Notes under the pieces: model-generated
The model's input: the letters and a program-made list of their open reading frames with translations, nothing else
Databases searched by the model: none
Told to the model about the DNA's origin: nothing
Origin: an uncultured Spirochaetota bacterium
Lineage (GTDB): Bacteria; Spirochaetota; Brevinematia; Brevinematales; JAOACQ01
Assembly (NCBI GenBank): GCA_963783575.1
Contig: CAWAOD010000004.1
Span: forward strand, 64,001 to 128,000
Length of the DNA stretch: 64,000 bases
Reading direction: 5' to 3'
Shown: positions 28,561-38,770 of the stretch, piece after piece
How the letters are laid out: the number at the start of each line of letters is the position of its first letter
How positions within the stretch are numbered: position 1 is the stretch's first letter
Translations under genes and position numbers: made by a program

Positions 28561-31331
28561 ATGAGAATTGATTGTATTCTTTATTTCTTTTATTTCTTTG
28601 GGCTTGATATTACCCCAAACCCAACATTTCTTTCCGATGTCGCCGCATTTGAGGCGGCTATTATTGCTTTTTTAGTTCCCTTAAGTATTGAGATAATTTC
28701 AAAAATATCGGAACGGTACAACTCTGATGTAATAACACGTTCATTTAATAAATACTGGAAAATCCTTTCACCTTTTTTGTTGATTAATATTGTAGTAGCA
28801 ATAGGTTTACGTTTTTTTATGAAAGACAATACCGATTCATTGTCATGGAAAATATTTGCCTGGATTATTTTTATCATTTTTATATGTATCGCTTTTGCAA
28901 TTTGGCGAGTAATAAATCGAATAAGAAATTTCATGAGTGACACAAAATATGTCATCAATCCACTTTATGAAGCTGTTAAATTTTCTATTGAAAAAAAATT
29001 TACAAAATACGGGCAAGAGCTTCTTATTCAAAATCTTGAAGGGATTGGTGATATTTTGCTCTATGAAACAAAAAAACAGAAAAATAAACTTGTTTTAGAT
29101 GGTTTACAGAAAATTGGAGATTCCGTAAAAAACATTTTCGAAATACAAAAAAGCGATCCAGATAAGTTTGAACAATTAATTGTCAGCCAGGATTTTTTTG
29201 AGCTATATAAAAAGAATAAGGATGAGGCTAAGTTTGCTTTTGCTTTTGTTCCGGAAAAATATTTGGTCAGCTTTTCAACTGCAATTAATCAAATTGTGCG
29301 TATTTATGAGGCAGCAATTAGTTCTCAGAATGAAGAGATTAGCAGAAATTCCGTCTATCATATTAATTGGATTCTGGCAGTGTTATCGTCACGAGAGAAT
29401 AATGAATTATTTGTTGAACAAATATTGAAAAAGTTAGCTCAAATCACCAGGACTGCATTAAAATTTAATGATGTCTCTGTTTATGCAGCAGCAATCCAAT
29501 GGTATACGGACATTGTGTTCAAGTCGCTTGGAAATGAAGATTTTCAGATTGCTTACATCGAATTATTTGATAAATATTTCTTTTTGACGGTTCAATATAT
29601 TGTCTCTGAAAATCAAACATCTATTTTTAAGCACTAGTTTCTTCTTTGGTTGATGGTTTTCATATCCCTTATTATAACCAAGGTGAAATTTGGAATTATG
29701 GACATATGCTTATGACAGTTGATTTCAAAAAACATGAGGAGCTTGACAAGGAGTACGGTTTAAATAATCTAATTAATGAACTTGCCAAGTTGGAAAATAA
29801 TCTTCGAACATGGGAGAAACTAAGCGAATGGTTTGAAAAGTTTGATGAGTTGAAAGTGATTATTGAAAATAATATAAATGAAGATCAAAAAGCAACAGCA
29901 CAAGAAAATGAAGAAAAGATCAGGGAATTTGTAACATCGCAATTCAAGTATCAAAATCTCTTAGAAATTGTCTTTGCGATCGGCACTTACTGTTTGTTTA
30001 AGGAAAAATACACTTACATCAAGTATCTATGGGAGTATAAACAACCTCCTGATTCTGATGCTCATTGGATTGGGCAAGATATTACACCTCAAAGTATAGA
30101 AAGTGTTATACAATTCTACTTCAGGAAAGAACTTCTTGGAAGAAAATTTGATTTTTGGGAAGGGCATCGTGGAAGTAAAAGATACTATAATCAGTATTTT
30201 TTACTTTTGCTTGCTCGTGTGTTACAAAGTGTACATCCTGATACAGAAGGGAAATATCAATCGATAGAAAATTATAAGTTGTCTGACTTAAATATTCATA
30301 AATTAAGTGATCTTGAGCATTCAATAGACGGCTTTATTAAAATTGCTGTTGATTTAAAAAAAGAAGAAATTATTCTTGCTGAGATAGGTTTAGATACCAA
30401 AAAACTTGAAGAACTTTTTGATTTTAAACTCATCCCCTTTTTGAATAAGCTCAAAGAAGAAGTAGAAAAACAAATATTGGAAAAACATAAGATAGGCAAA
30501 ATCAGTCAGAAGAAAATTGAAGACTTTAAGAAAGGGGTGTTAAAGAGCTTTTTCGAAGGTGTAAATATCCGTATTATTTTGAAATATTTGGATGCATACG
30601 AAGACAAAACAGGAAATAAAATTACAGGCAAGGAAAAGCGCTTTGGAATTAACACTGTGGATGACAAAGCTTCTTTCTTTGACGAATGGCATGTTCATTT
30701 TTTAGGATGGGGAGAAAATTATGGGTGTGGTCTTGCATTTGATGAAGATTCTTTTTTATTCGATTATATAACAATGAGTTGTAAAAATATTTCTAAAATA
30801 AATTTTGAAGACACATTATCTAAATTTAAAAAGCCGGAAGACATTATTATCTTTGCTACAAACTTTGATTTATGGCAATTTTTTGAGGATTCCAAAAATT
30901 TCAAACCCGAATGGCATAGCGATACAAAAAAACTCAACGTAAAAGGGTTTGGAGGATGGTATAATTTCAAAAGTCAATTAATTCCTGTTTTTAACATATA
31001 TACACAAAAAATAGAAAAGCAAATTCTGATACTGAATAAGACAAGATTAGGGAAGCTTGTACAACTTTCGCCGTTGAATGATGGAGAAGATGAAAAATCA
31101 GTTGAAGATATTTTTTATATAAAAATTCAATCATTTTCTGAAAATAAGGAACAAATGGAAAATTTTATCAAAGAGCCCACAGATTGGTTGAAAAAGATTG
31201 GAGAAGAACAGAAACAGCGAGAATATTTAGAAGAGTGTGTTCTAATTCAGATTTTTGAGCGATTTGAGTATAACAAACCTGAAGATTTTGAGGGGTACAA
31301 ACTGATTTTTAAGAATGATGTGTTGGGTTAA
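28561..31331 (+). CDS. Hypothetical ~920-aa protein, N-terminal TM helices plus large soluble domain (frameshift near 29630)
   Basis: ORFs 28561-29637 and 29646-31331 join if one A is restored in TTTAAGCACTAGTT (F-K-A-L-V-S-S-L-V-D-G); about three TM segments; no family recognised. Confidence 0.7.
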
Positions 31332-31929
31332 TACTTTTGAACAAATATGGTATTCAACTTAAAGTATCCCGAGAGGAACACCACCATACCCGATAGAAAG
31401 TCAAAAATAGGAAAACAATGATTGCGACTCTGAAAGCTAAACTTTTGCTGTCTAAAATTATACTTTGCCCCCAATTTGCTCCCTCATCGCTCGCCGAATC
31501 AAAGATTCGCCGGCCTTTTAAACTTCATAAAAAGACTTCACGATTACTTAGTATGAATATTAAAAAATATCAATCTACTTTTTTGAAAAGGTTTTTCCAT
31601 CATCTTAAGATTAAAAAATCATATTGCTTAATCGCTCCCCGCAGCAGGATCGCCATTTCTGATTAAGCTTTAGTGTGGTCTTAAGCGAAGTCGGTAATAA
31701 AATCGTTGTTATTCCTGTTTAATATTGACAATACAAGCTAGAGGGTTTCTGCCTGGACGGCAGAAACCGACGAATCAGTCCAAGGATGGACTGTTGAGTC
31801 GGCTGTTACTAAAAGATATCTTTTACCAAATACCAATAACAACACCTAGATATTTACAGACCTCTTCACATGAAATGGCGCTCATGCGAAGGGGCGATTC
31901 TTTCTCTGGTTACTCTCTTTCTCATCACT

Positions 31930-33653
31930 TGTCTGTCGAAAAACTATAAAAAGAGAAAAAGCGATTTTCTATAACATTCGGATATCACATTTGATTTCTA
32001 GGATATCCGAAAATTAATCTCATATACAATTTATTATAGCTTAAATTACATAATTACACTCCTGTACCATTTTATATCATTCTCATATACTCAATCCTTT
32101 GCATATTACAGCCTGAAAATATTTTCCCACATTATGTGAAGTGGAATTCCAGAGCCAATCCATTTCTACTTTTTCTTTTCCACGATAATAGGTTTGAGAA
32201 AAATCTTTCTGCGTTTTAAGGTTGGCAAAATTGTGTTCCTTTCCAATTCTCTTGCTGTATATCTTTTGCCCTTCATCACTTCTCAATTTATTAAGATAAC
32301 TGTCGATTTCCTTTCTGTTCTCTAACTCAAACAGATTGAAATTTACAGTCTTTTGGTTTCTGCTGGGATTTATGTTCGTATAACATTCCTTATTATTTTC
32401 ACATTCCTTACATTGTGATCGATTATAGAAAAAGTGGATTTTGCCTCTTTTATCATCAATGTATCCTTTGGTATTTAATCCACCACAGCACTTTAACCGA
32501 TACTCTCTGTTATCACCTTTTATGATTTCAAAATTCTTTCTCTTTTGTACCTCTTTCCCAAAATCTCTCTCTTTTATATCAATATAGCAATCCAATCCTT
32601 TTTCTTCCATTTCCAGAATGTCTGTCATATTTTGAAATCCCGAATCCAGCAGGTACTTACTTTCCTGCTTTACCCCCAATTCCTCTTTAAGCTTTTCCAC
32701 TTCCTCAATCATGGGTTTCGCACTGTATTTCTCATTCAATTTATCGTTTTCACAGCTTAGTATTATGTCATTGTTACTGATCATCATTCTTATATTATAT
32801 CCCTGAATATATCCGCTCTTGTCAGGCCCCAATGTAAGAGAGCTGTCGGGATCGGTTAAATTATAATGATCTTTGCCTGTAATGGTTTTGTCTCCTTCTT
32901 TTAATCTTTCTTCTTCAAGCATCTTTTGATAAACTTCCACCTGTTCCATCACTCTGTTGTAAAGCTTTTCCTGACGTTCTATACGCTTTTTTTCAGCCAT
33001 ATACTTTTCTTCTTCCAATTCACCACGATTTAGTTTCTCATCTGTCTCCAAACTCCTTTTAACTACTTTGGTTGCCATTTTGCGGTAAGTTCTCATCACT
33101 TTGTCGGCTCTTTCCCTGGTCATCGTCTTTGACTTTGATGCATTGGCTTTGATTTTCGTTCCGTCCCCCACAACTACATCCCAATCAATCTCTCCTATGT
33201 TATTTAATAAAAAAAGAATTGTCGCAAACAGATTTGTAATTTCGTCATCAAACTGGATTTTAAAATCGCAAAGCTTTGAATGATCTATGCTAAGACGGTT
33301 TGATACATACATAAATCCTATGTGGGTTCTGAGAAGATTTTCTACCTTGCGGCTGGAATGGATTCCTTGCAAATAACCATAGAGAATCGCAGATATAACA
33401 TCTTGAGGATGTTTCCCTTTCCGCCCTGTTTCATCATTGGAATAATATTTATCAAACCTTTGTATATCAATGTATTTCGCCACAAACTTTTTTAGAAGGA
33501 CTTCACGGCTGTATTCATCGAATTGTTCCTGCAAATTGATGGCTAACAATTCTCCCTGGTCTAGATTTCCTCTCTTATATCTCGCCATTGTCTTTCCCCT
33601 CTTTAATTTTGCAACTAACTATTATATCATATTTTCGGATTTTTCGACAGACA
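31930..33653 (-). mobile_element. IS1182-family insertion sequence, 1724 bp
   Basis: TIR TGTCTGTCGAAAAA / TTTTTCGACAGACA; direct repeat ATCACT at 31924-31929 and 33654-33659. Confidence 0.88.
32083..33588 (-). CDS. IS1182-family DDE transposase
   Basis: GIHSSRKVE, DGTKIKANAS, NLTDPDS, GYN, LLDSGF and Y.KR...EHNFANLK motifs. Confidence 0.9.
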   Translation of the reverse strand: MARYKRGNLDQGELLAINLQEQFDEYSREVLLKKFVAKYIDIQRFDKYYSNDETGRKGKHPQDVISAILYGYLQGIHSSRKVENLLRTHIGFMYVSNRLSIDHSKLCDFKIQFDDEITNLFATILFLLNNIGEIDWDVVVGDGTKIKANASKSKTMTRERADKVMRTYRKMATKVVKRSLETDEKLNRGELEEEKYMAEKKRIERQEKLYNRVMEQVEVYQKMLEEERLKEGDKTITGKDHYNLTDPDSSLTLGPDKSGYIQGYNIRMMISNNDIILSCENDKLNEKYSAKPMIEEVEKLKEELGVKQESKYLLDSGFQNMTDILEMEEKGLDCYIDIKERDFGKEVQKRKNFEIIKGDNREYRLKCCGGLNTKGYIDDKRGKIHFFYNRSQCKECENNKECYTNINPSRNQKTVNFNLFELENRKEIDSYLNKLRSDEGQKIYSKRIGKEHNFANLKTQKDFSQTYYRGKEKVEMDWLWNSTSHNVGKYFQAVICKGLSI

Positions 33654-33726
33654 ATCACTGAGAAAGAGAGTAACAAAGCCCCATTGCCGTGGCTTTACGG
33701 CAAAATGCAATATAATAATTTTCCTC

Positions 33727-33773
33727 TTGACAATTATAATATAATAATATATAATATGTGCATATGCACATAT
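33727..33773 (+). promoter_or_regulatory. Consensus sigma70 promoter with PadR-type operator
   Basis: TTGACA-17-TATAAT (33727-33755); perfect 20-bp palindrome ATATGTGCATATGCACATAT (ATGT-N8-ACAT) at 33754-33773. Confidence 0.82.
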
Positions 33774-33785
33774 AAGGAGAAACTA

Positions 33786-34334
33786 ATGTCTTTGCAATAT
33801 GCGATTTTGGGACTTATAGATCGATATACCCTTTCCGGTTATGATATTATGAAAATATTTGATCACGGTCTTAAACATTATTGGTCGACTGAACACACTC
33901 AAATATACCGTATGTTAGCAAAACTCTATGAGAAAAAACTTATCGATTATGAAATTGAATATCAGGAGAGTAAACCCGATAAAAAAGTTTACAGGATAAC
34001 TAATCTTGGGAAAGAATCTTTCCGGCTATGGTTAATCAAGCCTTCGGAATTGCCTGAAATACGGCATTCGCAATTGCTTCAATTTTCATTTATGGCGGAA
34101 ATGGAAACCAAAAATATCATAGGTTTCTTAAAGGATTATGAATCCCTTATATTAAAAAAACTGGAAACATACAACAATCCTGAGCACATAAAAAAATCTT
34201 ATAGTATAGCAAGAAATAAAAAGGAAAAAGTACTGTGGAAGCTTGTGTTAGAGAATGGAATTCAATACTACAATAATGAAATAGACTGGATTCACAAATC
34301 AATCGAATGTTTGGAAGAATTGGAGGAAGCATGA
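33786..34334 (+). CDS. PadR family transcriptional regulator
   Basis: MSLQYAILG, SGYDI, QIYR.L and PDKKVYRIT motifs; AAGGAG RBS before the ATG at 33786. Confidence 0.92.
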   Translation: MSLQYAILGLIDRYTLSGYDIMKIFDHGLKHYWSTEHTQIYRMLAKLYEKKLIDYEIEYQESKPDKKVYRITNLGKESFRLWLIKPSELPEIRHSQLLQFSFMAEMETKNIIGFLKDYESLILKKLETYNNPEHIKKSYSIARNKKEKVLWKLVLENGIQYYNNEIDWIHKSIECLEELEEA

Positions 34335-34861
34335 ATACTTTGATAATCAACGGGCTTGAATCCGGATTTAAAATCCCTGGTTTTTCAAAAATAAGTAAAA
34401 ATAATGAAAGCGAATGTACTGACATTATTACTATTGAATTAGCGAATTTGAAATTGAATAGCTGTATCGGATGTAGCTCCTGCATGTTCAAAACTCCGGG
34501 TTTATGTATATTTAAGGATGATGTTAAAGAAATCCTTATTAACTGGTTAAAAGCCGATTTAATTTTACTCTTCTATCCTGTTAAAAGCGGCTTCATGAAT
34601 TACCTGACAAAAAAATTAATTGATAGATTATTTCCTCTTGAACTGCCTTATATTGAATTTAAAAAAGGTGCATTTAATCATCCGCGCAGGTATAAAAACA
34701 GCCCGGAAATTGGGTTTGTCATTGACATCAAGGATATGAGATACTGGGATTTGAATCTGGAAAACAATCTTCATATTGGAAATTTCTATGGAAAATTTCT
34801 TTTTCAAAAGAATCTGGATGAATTTCAAAAGGAGCTTAAAAATGAAACTATATATATTTAA
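34331..34861 (+). CDS. Flavodoxin-like (iron-sulfur flavoprotein-type) protein
   Basis: CIGCSSC..KTPG.C..KDD and KKLIDR motifs; ATGA overlap with PadR. Confidence 0.8.
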   Translation: MNTLIINGLESGFKIPGFSKISKNNESECTDIITIELANLKLNSCIGCSSCMFKTPGLCIFKDDVKEILINWLKADLILLFYPVKSGFMNYLTKKLIDRLFPLELPYIEFKKGAFNHPRRYKNSPEIGFVIDIKDMRYWDLNLENNLHIGNFYGKFLFQKNLDEFQKELKNETIYI

Positions 34862-35516
34862 CGGATCGCCGAGAGCTGAAGAAAGCAATACTGCTAAAAT
34901 ACTCAGCTATTTTGTTAATGGTTTTCTAAGTCTTAATGGCAATGAAATAGAGAATTTATTCATTAATGATATTACCATTAACACCTGCATTGAAAAGATC
35001 ATAGAAGCTGAAAATATCTGTATAGCTTTTCCTTTATATATTCTGTCAATGCCTGCAAATGTTAAGCAGTTAATTGAACGGCTGCCGAAAGATAATCTTA
35101 AAAAGAAAATTATTGTATTTATACAAAGCGGTTTTCCGGAAAGCAGTCAAATGCGGGTAATGAAGGAATATTTCAAATTATTATTTGCAGATCTGCAGTA
35201 TGATTTTAAAGGGATCATTATTAAGGGTTTCGGCGCAGGCATAGAAATGATGCCTTCAAGTGTTAATAAAAATTGGACAGAAAAAATATATAAAATTGGA
35301 TTATTATACGGGCAAATTGGAGAACTTGACCTGAAGTTATTAGAAGAAATCAGCAGGCCTGAAAAATTATCAAAACCTGCGCTCATTTTTTATAAGTTCC
35401 TTAAAATTACCGGCGTACTTGATTTGTATACATCTGAAGCGCTTAAAAGAAATGGAAAGACAGAGATACAGAGTTATGCAAAACCCTTATTCTCTAATGG
35501 TAATTTGAATAATTAA
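34842..35516 (+). CDS. Flavodoxin-like NAD(P)H-dependent oxidoreductase
   Basis: FNGSPR...SNT, AFPLY..SMP and QSGFPE motifs. Confidence 0.8.
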   Translation: MKLYIFNGSPRAEESNTAKILSYFVNGFLSLNGNEIENLFINDITINTCIEKIIEAENICIAFPLYILSMPANVKQLIERLPKDNLKKKIIVFIQSGFPESSQMRVMKEYFKLLFADLQYDFKGIIIKGFGAGIEMMPSSVNKNWTEKIYKIGLLYGQIGELDLKLLEEISRPEKLSKPALIFYKFLKITGVLDLYTSEALKRNGKTEIQSYAKPLFSNGNLNN

Positions 35517-35644
35517 TGGTTATTTATTGAAATTATTTTTCAAATTTTCAGGGTTTCACATTTGCTTTTCTTATAGTTTTGGGCTTATAATATTTTATGT
35601 GGTTTATAGGTTAAAAGAAAAGCTTAACTGCAAAGGAAGATAAG

Positions 35645-36464
35645 ATGGAATTAAAAGAAGAAATTGAAGATATTCTCTCATTATCTGAAATCAATGGGGG
35701 GGCTTACTGGTCGCGGTCGGACGGCGATATTCATGCCCCGGCCGGTTTTTCAACGATCGATGTGCTGAATACCCTTGGAGAAATCGGCCTGAAATCCGCC
35801 AATTCAAAAAAAGTTTCTGATGCGATTGACTTTGTGTTTAATTATATGGATGATAACGGCTCTTTCAAGTATTCGTCTAAAAGCTCAAAATTGCCCTGTA
35901 TCATAGCCAGGATATTGACGGCATTCGGCAGGCTTGGATATTTAAACGATGACCGGATTGAAAAATGTTATCGGCATTTACTGGAAACCCAGCAGAATGA
36001 CGGGGGCTGGAGATGCGCCACAGTAAAATCGGGTAAATCGGTGGAAACGGACGCGAGCAACCCGGGTACGACCCTTTATGTTTTAGACGCGTTCAGATTC
36101 CGGAAAAATTCCCAAGATGATAATATTCAATTAGAAAAAGCCATATCATTTCTTTTAAAACATTGGGAAACACGAACCCCGCTAGGCCCCTGCGAATTTG
36201 GAATCGGTTCGAGATTCCTCTCAATAGAATATCCTTTTTTTAAGATACAATTTGTTTTATTATGTATATGTCCTGTCAAAATACAAAACTGCTCATAAAG
36301 ACGCTAGATATGAAGATGCGCTGGAGACACTGATAAAAAAAACAAAAGATAAAAAAATATATCCGGAATCTCCCCACAAAGCCTGGGGTAAATATAGTTT
36401 TTCCCGAAAGAACGAGTATAGTGAAAAAGCGACGAATAGGTTACTTGAAATATTGGAAAATTGA
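35645..36464 (+). CDS. Prenyltransferase/squalene-oxidase-repeat protein (frameshift near 36240)
   Basis: LLETQQNDGGWRC and FGIGSRF...EYPF; the frame changes in a T-run to FYYVYVLS. Confidence 0.7.
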
Positions 36465-36487
36465 CATTTTTATAATTGGGAGAAAAT

Positions 36488-37060
36488 ATGTTTGATATTA
36501 TTGTTTACATTGCTTTTATGTTATGGGGGATTTCCGAGTATATAATTATAGCGGGAAAGCGTGTGGAACAAAATAAGCAAATAAAAGACATAAACAGCAA
36601 AATACAGAATTTGTTTATAATTATTACCCTGCCTTTAGGTATAACTTTTGGTATACTTGATTCGCAATTCAAAATATTAGAATTTCCATTTAATGTGATA
36701 TTCTGGAAGTCAACCGGTTTAGTCCTTCTTGTCTCAGGTGTTGTAATACGCCGGATTTCAATAAATACATTGAAAAATTACTTTAGTTCCAATATTACCA
36801 TTCAAAAAGACCATAAACTGGTTACCGCCGGGATCTATAAATACATCCGGCATCCGAGTTATCTGGGCGCAAATTTGTGTTTCCTGGGATTCGGATTGGT
36901 TTTTGCAAATTTGATCAGTTTTACTTTAATATTTATTGTTAATTTTATTATATCCCTTAATAGAATCAGTTTTGAAGAAAAAATACTCTCGGGTAATTTC
37001 GGCAAAGACTATGAAAACTACAGGAAGAATTCCAGGAAACTGATTCCGGGCATATTTTAA
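36488..37060 (+). CDS. Isoprenylcysteine carboxyl methyltransferase family membrane protein
   Basis: HKLVTAGIYKYIRHPSYLG and RI..EE..L...FG..Y..Y motifs. Confidence 0.88.
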   Translation: MFDIIVYIAFMLWGISEYIIIAGKRVEQNKQIKDINSKIQNLFIIITLPLGITFGILDSQFKILEFPFNVIFWKSTGLVLLVSGVVIRRISINTLKNYFSSNITIQKDHKLVTAGIYKYIRHPSYLGANLCFLGFGLVFANLISFTLIFIVNFIISLNRISFEEKILSGNFGKDYENYRKNSRKLIPGIF

Positions 37061-37247
37061 AGAATCCTTCAGAAAACGCCGGGGAAATCCAATTTATTTC
37101 AAAAGACAGCTGTAATTCTTATAGGTGTATGAATGGTAATTTATATTTTTTGCATCTTTCTAAACTAACTTTGACTTACCCTGATATAAATGGATATATT
37201 TGTACAACTCATATTCAAATTTTGATAATAACTAAAAGGAAGGGAAA

Positions 37248-38603
37248 ATGTTAAAAGCAGTTTTTATTGTTCTTTTTTTATCAGCGGTTATTTTACTGAA
37301 GGGGAATATTTACGGCGAGATAAAAACCCTGACGCTTGAAAATGTTCGTGATCTGGCTTTGAAAAACAGTTCAAGCGTCCTGCAGGCTGAAAAGGATGTT
37401 AAAATCGCCCAGGCGCAGCTTAATGAAAGTTACGGCGATTTTTTCGTACCGGCAATAACCGCTTCAGGAAACTATGGCTATACCGGTACCGGGATAGAGG
37501 TCGTTCAATTTCAGGGGCAGAATGTATCAGTGCCTAATAATTATCCCGACACTTATTCGGGTTCTTTAAGCCTCGCAAAACCGATCTTTGACGGGTTTAA
37601 ACTCCAGAACGCGGTAAGCACACAGCGTTTTAACCTTAATCTTGCCGTTATGAAACTGAACGATGAAAAGAACCAGATCGAACTTGACGCGGAAACAAGG
37701 TTTTATCATCTGTCCTATCTGGAGCAAAATATAAAAAACAGCGAAGCCGCCGATAAAGACCTTCTTGAACAGCTTAATTATTCGGAGCAGAACTATAAAG
37801 CCGGGAACGCAACCGAACTGGATTATATTAAGTCAAAGCTGGCCTATACCAGTAATAAGCCCATACTTATAAAAGCCAGGCATGATTATAATATTGAGAA
37901 AGTTACACTCTGCAATGAATTGGGTATAACAAACAATTATAATGATATTGCCTTTATCGGGGATCTCATGCAGACTACAAATTATTTAATCGACTCTTTT
38001 CCTGAAGATGAATATTCCAGGTTGGCAATTTCTAATGATATAACATTGAAAACTATCATCAATACTCTTGAAATTGCCAGGCTGAATAAGAATACCCAGG
38101 AATGGGCAAGGTTTCCTATTCTTTCGGGAAATGTGGGTTACAGGTATGATTACCGGCCCGCATCCGGATCAGGGAGCGGAGCCGCCGCGGGACGGACATG
38201 GCAGCCTTCATGGGATGTCGGATTGGGCGTTTCGGCTTCCATTGATGACTGGATTCCTTTTTCACGAGGAGCGAATTCAATAACCGAATACGATGAAAAC
38301 GTAAAAAAACAGGAACTCGCTAGGGATCAGCAGATCAGCACAGTAGACCTTCAGCTCAGAACCCTGATTATGCAGCTCAAAGAAAATAAGGAAACTGTCG
38401 ACAGCCAGACCGATAATGTCGTCCTGGCTACGGAAAGCCTTGATATGACTAAGAAAAGGTATTTGCTTGGAGATGCATCATTTCTTGATATAAACGATTC
38501 CGAATCAAGCTATGAGCAGGCGATTTCCGCATACCTGCTTGCAGTTTATGATTATTACTCGAATTATCTGAAATTGAAAGTTATGATTGGGAAACCTTTA
38601 TGA
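37248..38603 (+). CDS. TolC family outer membrane efflux protein
   Basis: Signal peptide, LTLE...LAL.N, two internal repeats with Y..G....LD; precedes MacAB-like genes. Confidence 0.88.
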   Translation: MLKAVFIVLFLSAVILLKGNIYGEIKTLTLENVRDLALKNSSSVLQAEKDVKIAQAQLNESYGDFFVPAITASGNYGYTGTGIEVVQFQGQNVSVPNNYPDTYSGSLSLAKPIFDGFKLQNAVSTQRFNLNLAVMKLNDEKNQIELDAETRFYHLSYLEQNIKNSEAADKDLLEQLNYSEQNYKAGNATELDYIKSKLAYTSNKPILIKARHDYNIEKVTLCNELGITNNYNDIAFIGDLMQTTNYLIDSFPEDEYSRLAISNDITLKTIINTLEIARLNKNTQEWARFPILSGNVGYRYDYRPASGSGSGAAAGRTWQPSWDVGLGVSASIDDWIPFSRGANSITEYDENVKKQELARDQQISTVDLQLRTLIMQLKENKETVDSQTDNVVLATESLDMTKKRYLLGDASFLDINDSESSYEQAISAYLLAVYDYYSNYLKLKVMIGKPL

Positions 38604-38654
38604 TTATTTTACTTAATACAACCAATTTTAATATAGATTCGCTGTATCCCAGCG

Positions 38655-38684
38655 GTAGACAATGGGTTTAAACCCATTGTCTGC
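38655..38684. repeat. REP-like palindrome
   Basis: GTAG start and perfect 26-bp palindrome AGACAATGGGTTTAAACCCATTGTCT between the TolC and adaptor genes. Confidence 0.6.
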
Positions 38685-38770
38685 CCATTGTCGTGGAAAT
38701 CGCCTGAACAGGCAGATTTTTAATGTTGAGATTTAATTATAAATTTCATTAATTCCTGAGGAGTTTTTAA

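Larger units (their letters stand above)
31626..33705 (-). repeat. ~350-bp structured repeat element, copy 2 (interrupted by the IS)
   Basis: Inverted homolog of 27738-28240; about the same length once both insertions are removed. Confidence 0.72.

Noticed and set aside
31418..31949. Two small ORFs (82 and 74 aa) considered as a toxin-antitoxin pair
   Set aside because: They overlap repeat elements and the IS end, with no recognisable motifs.
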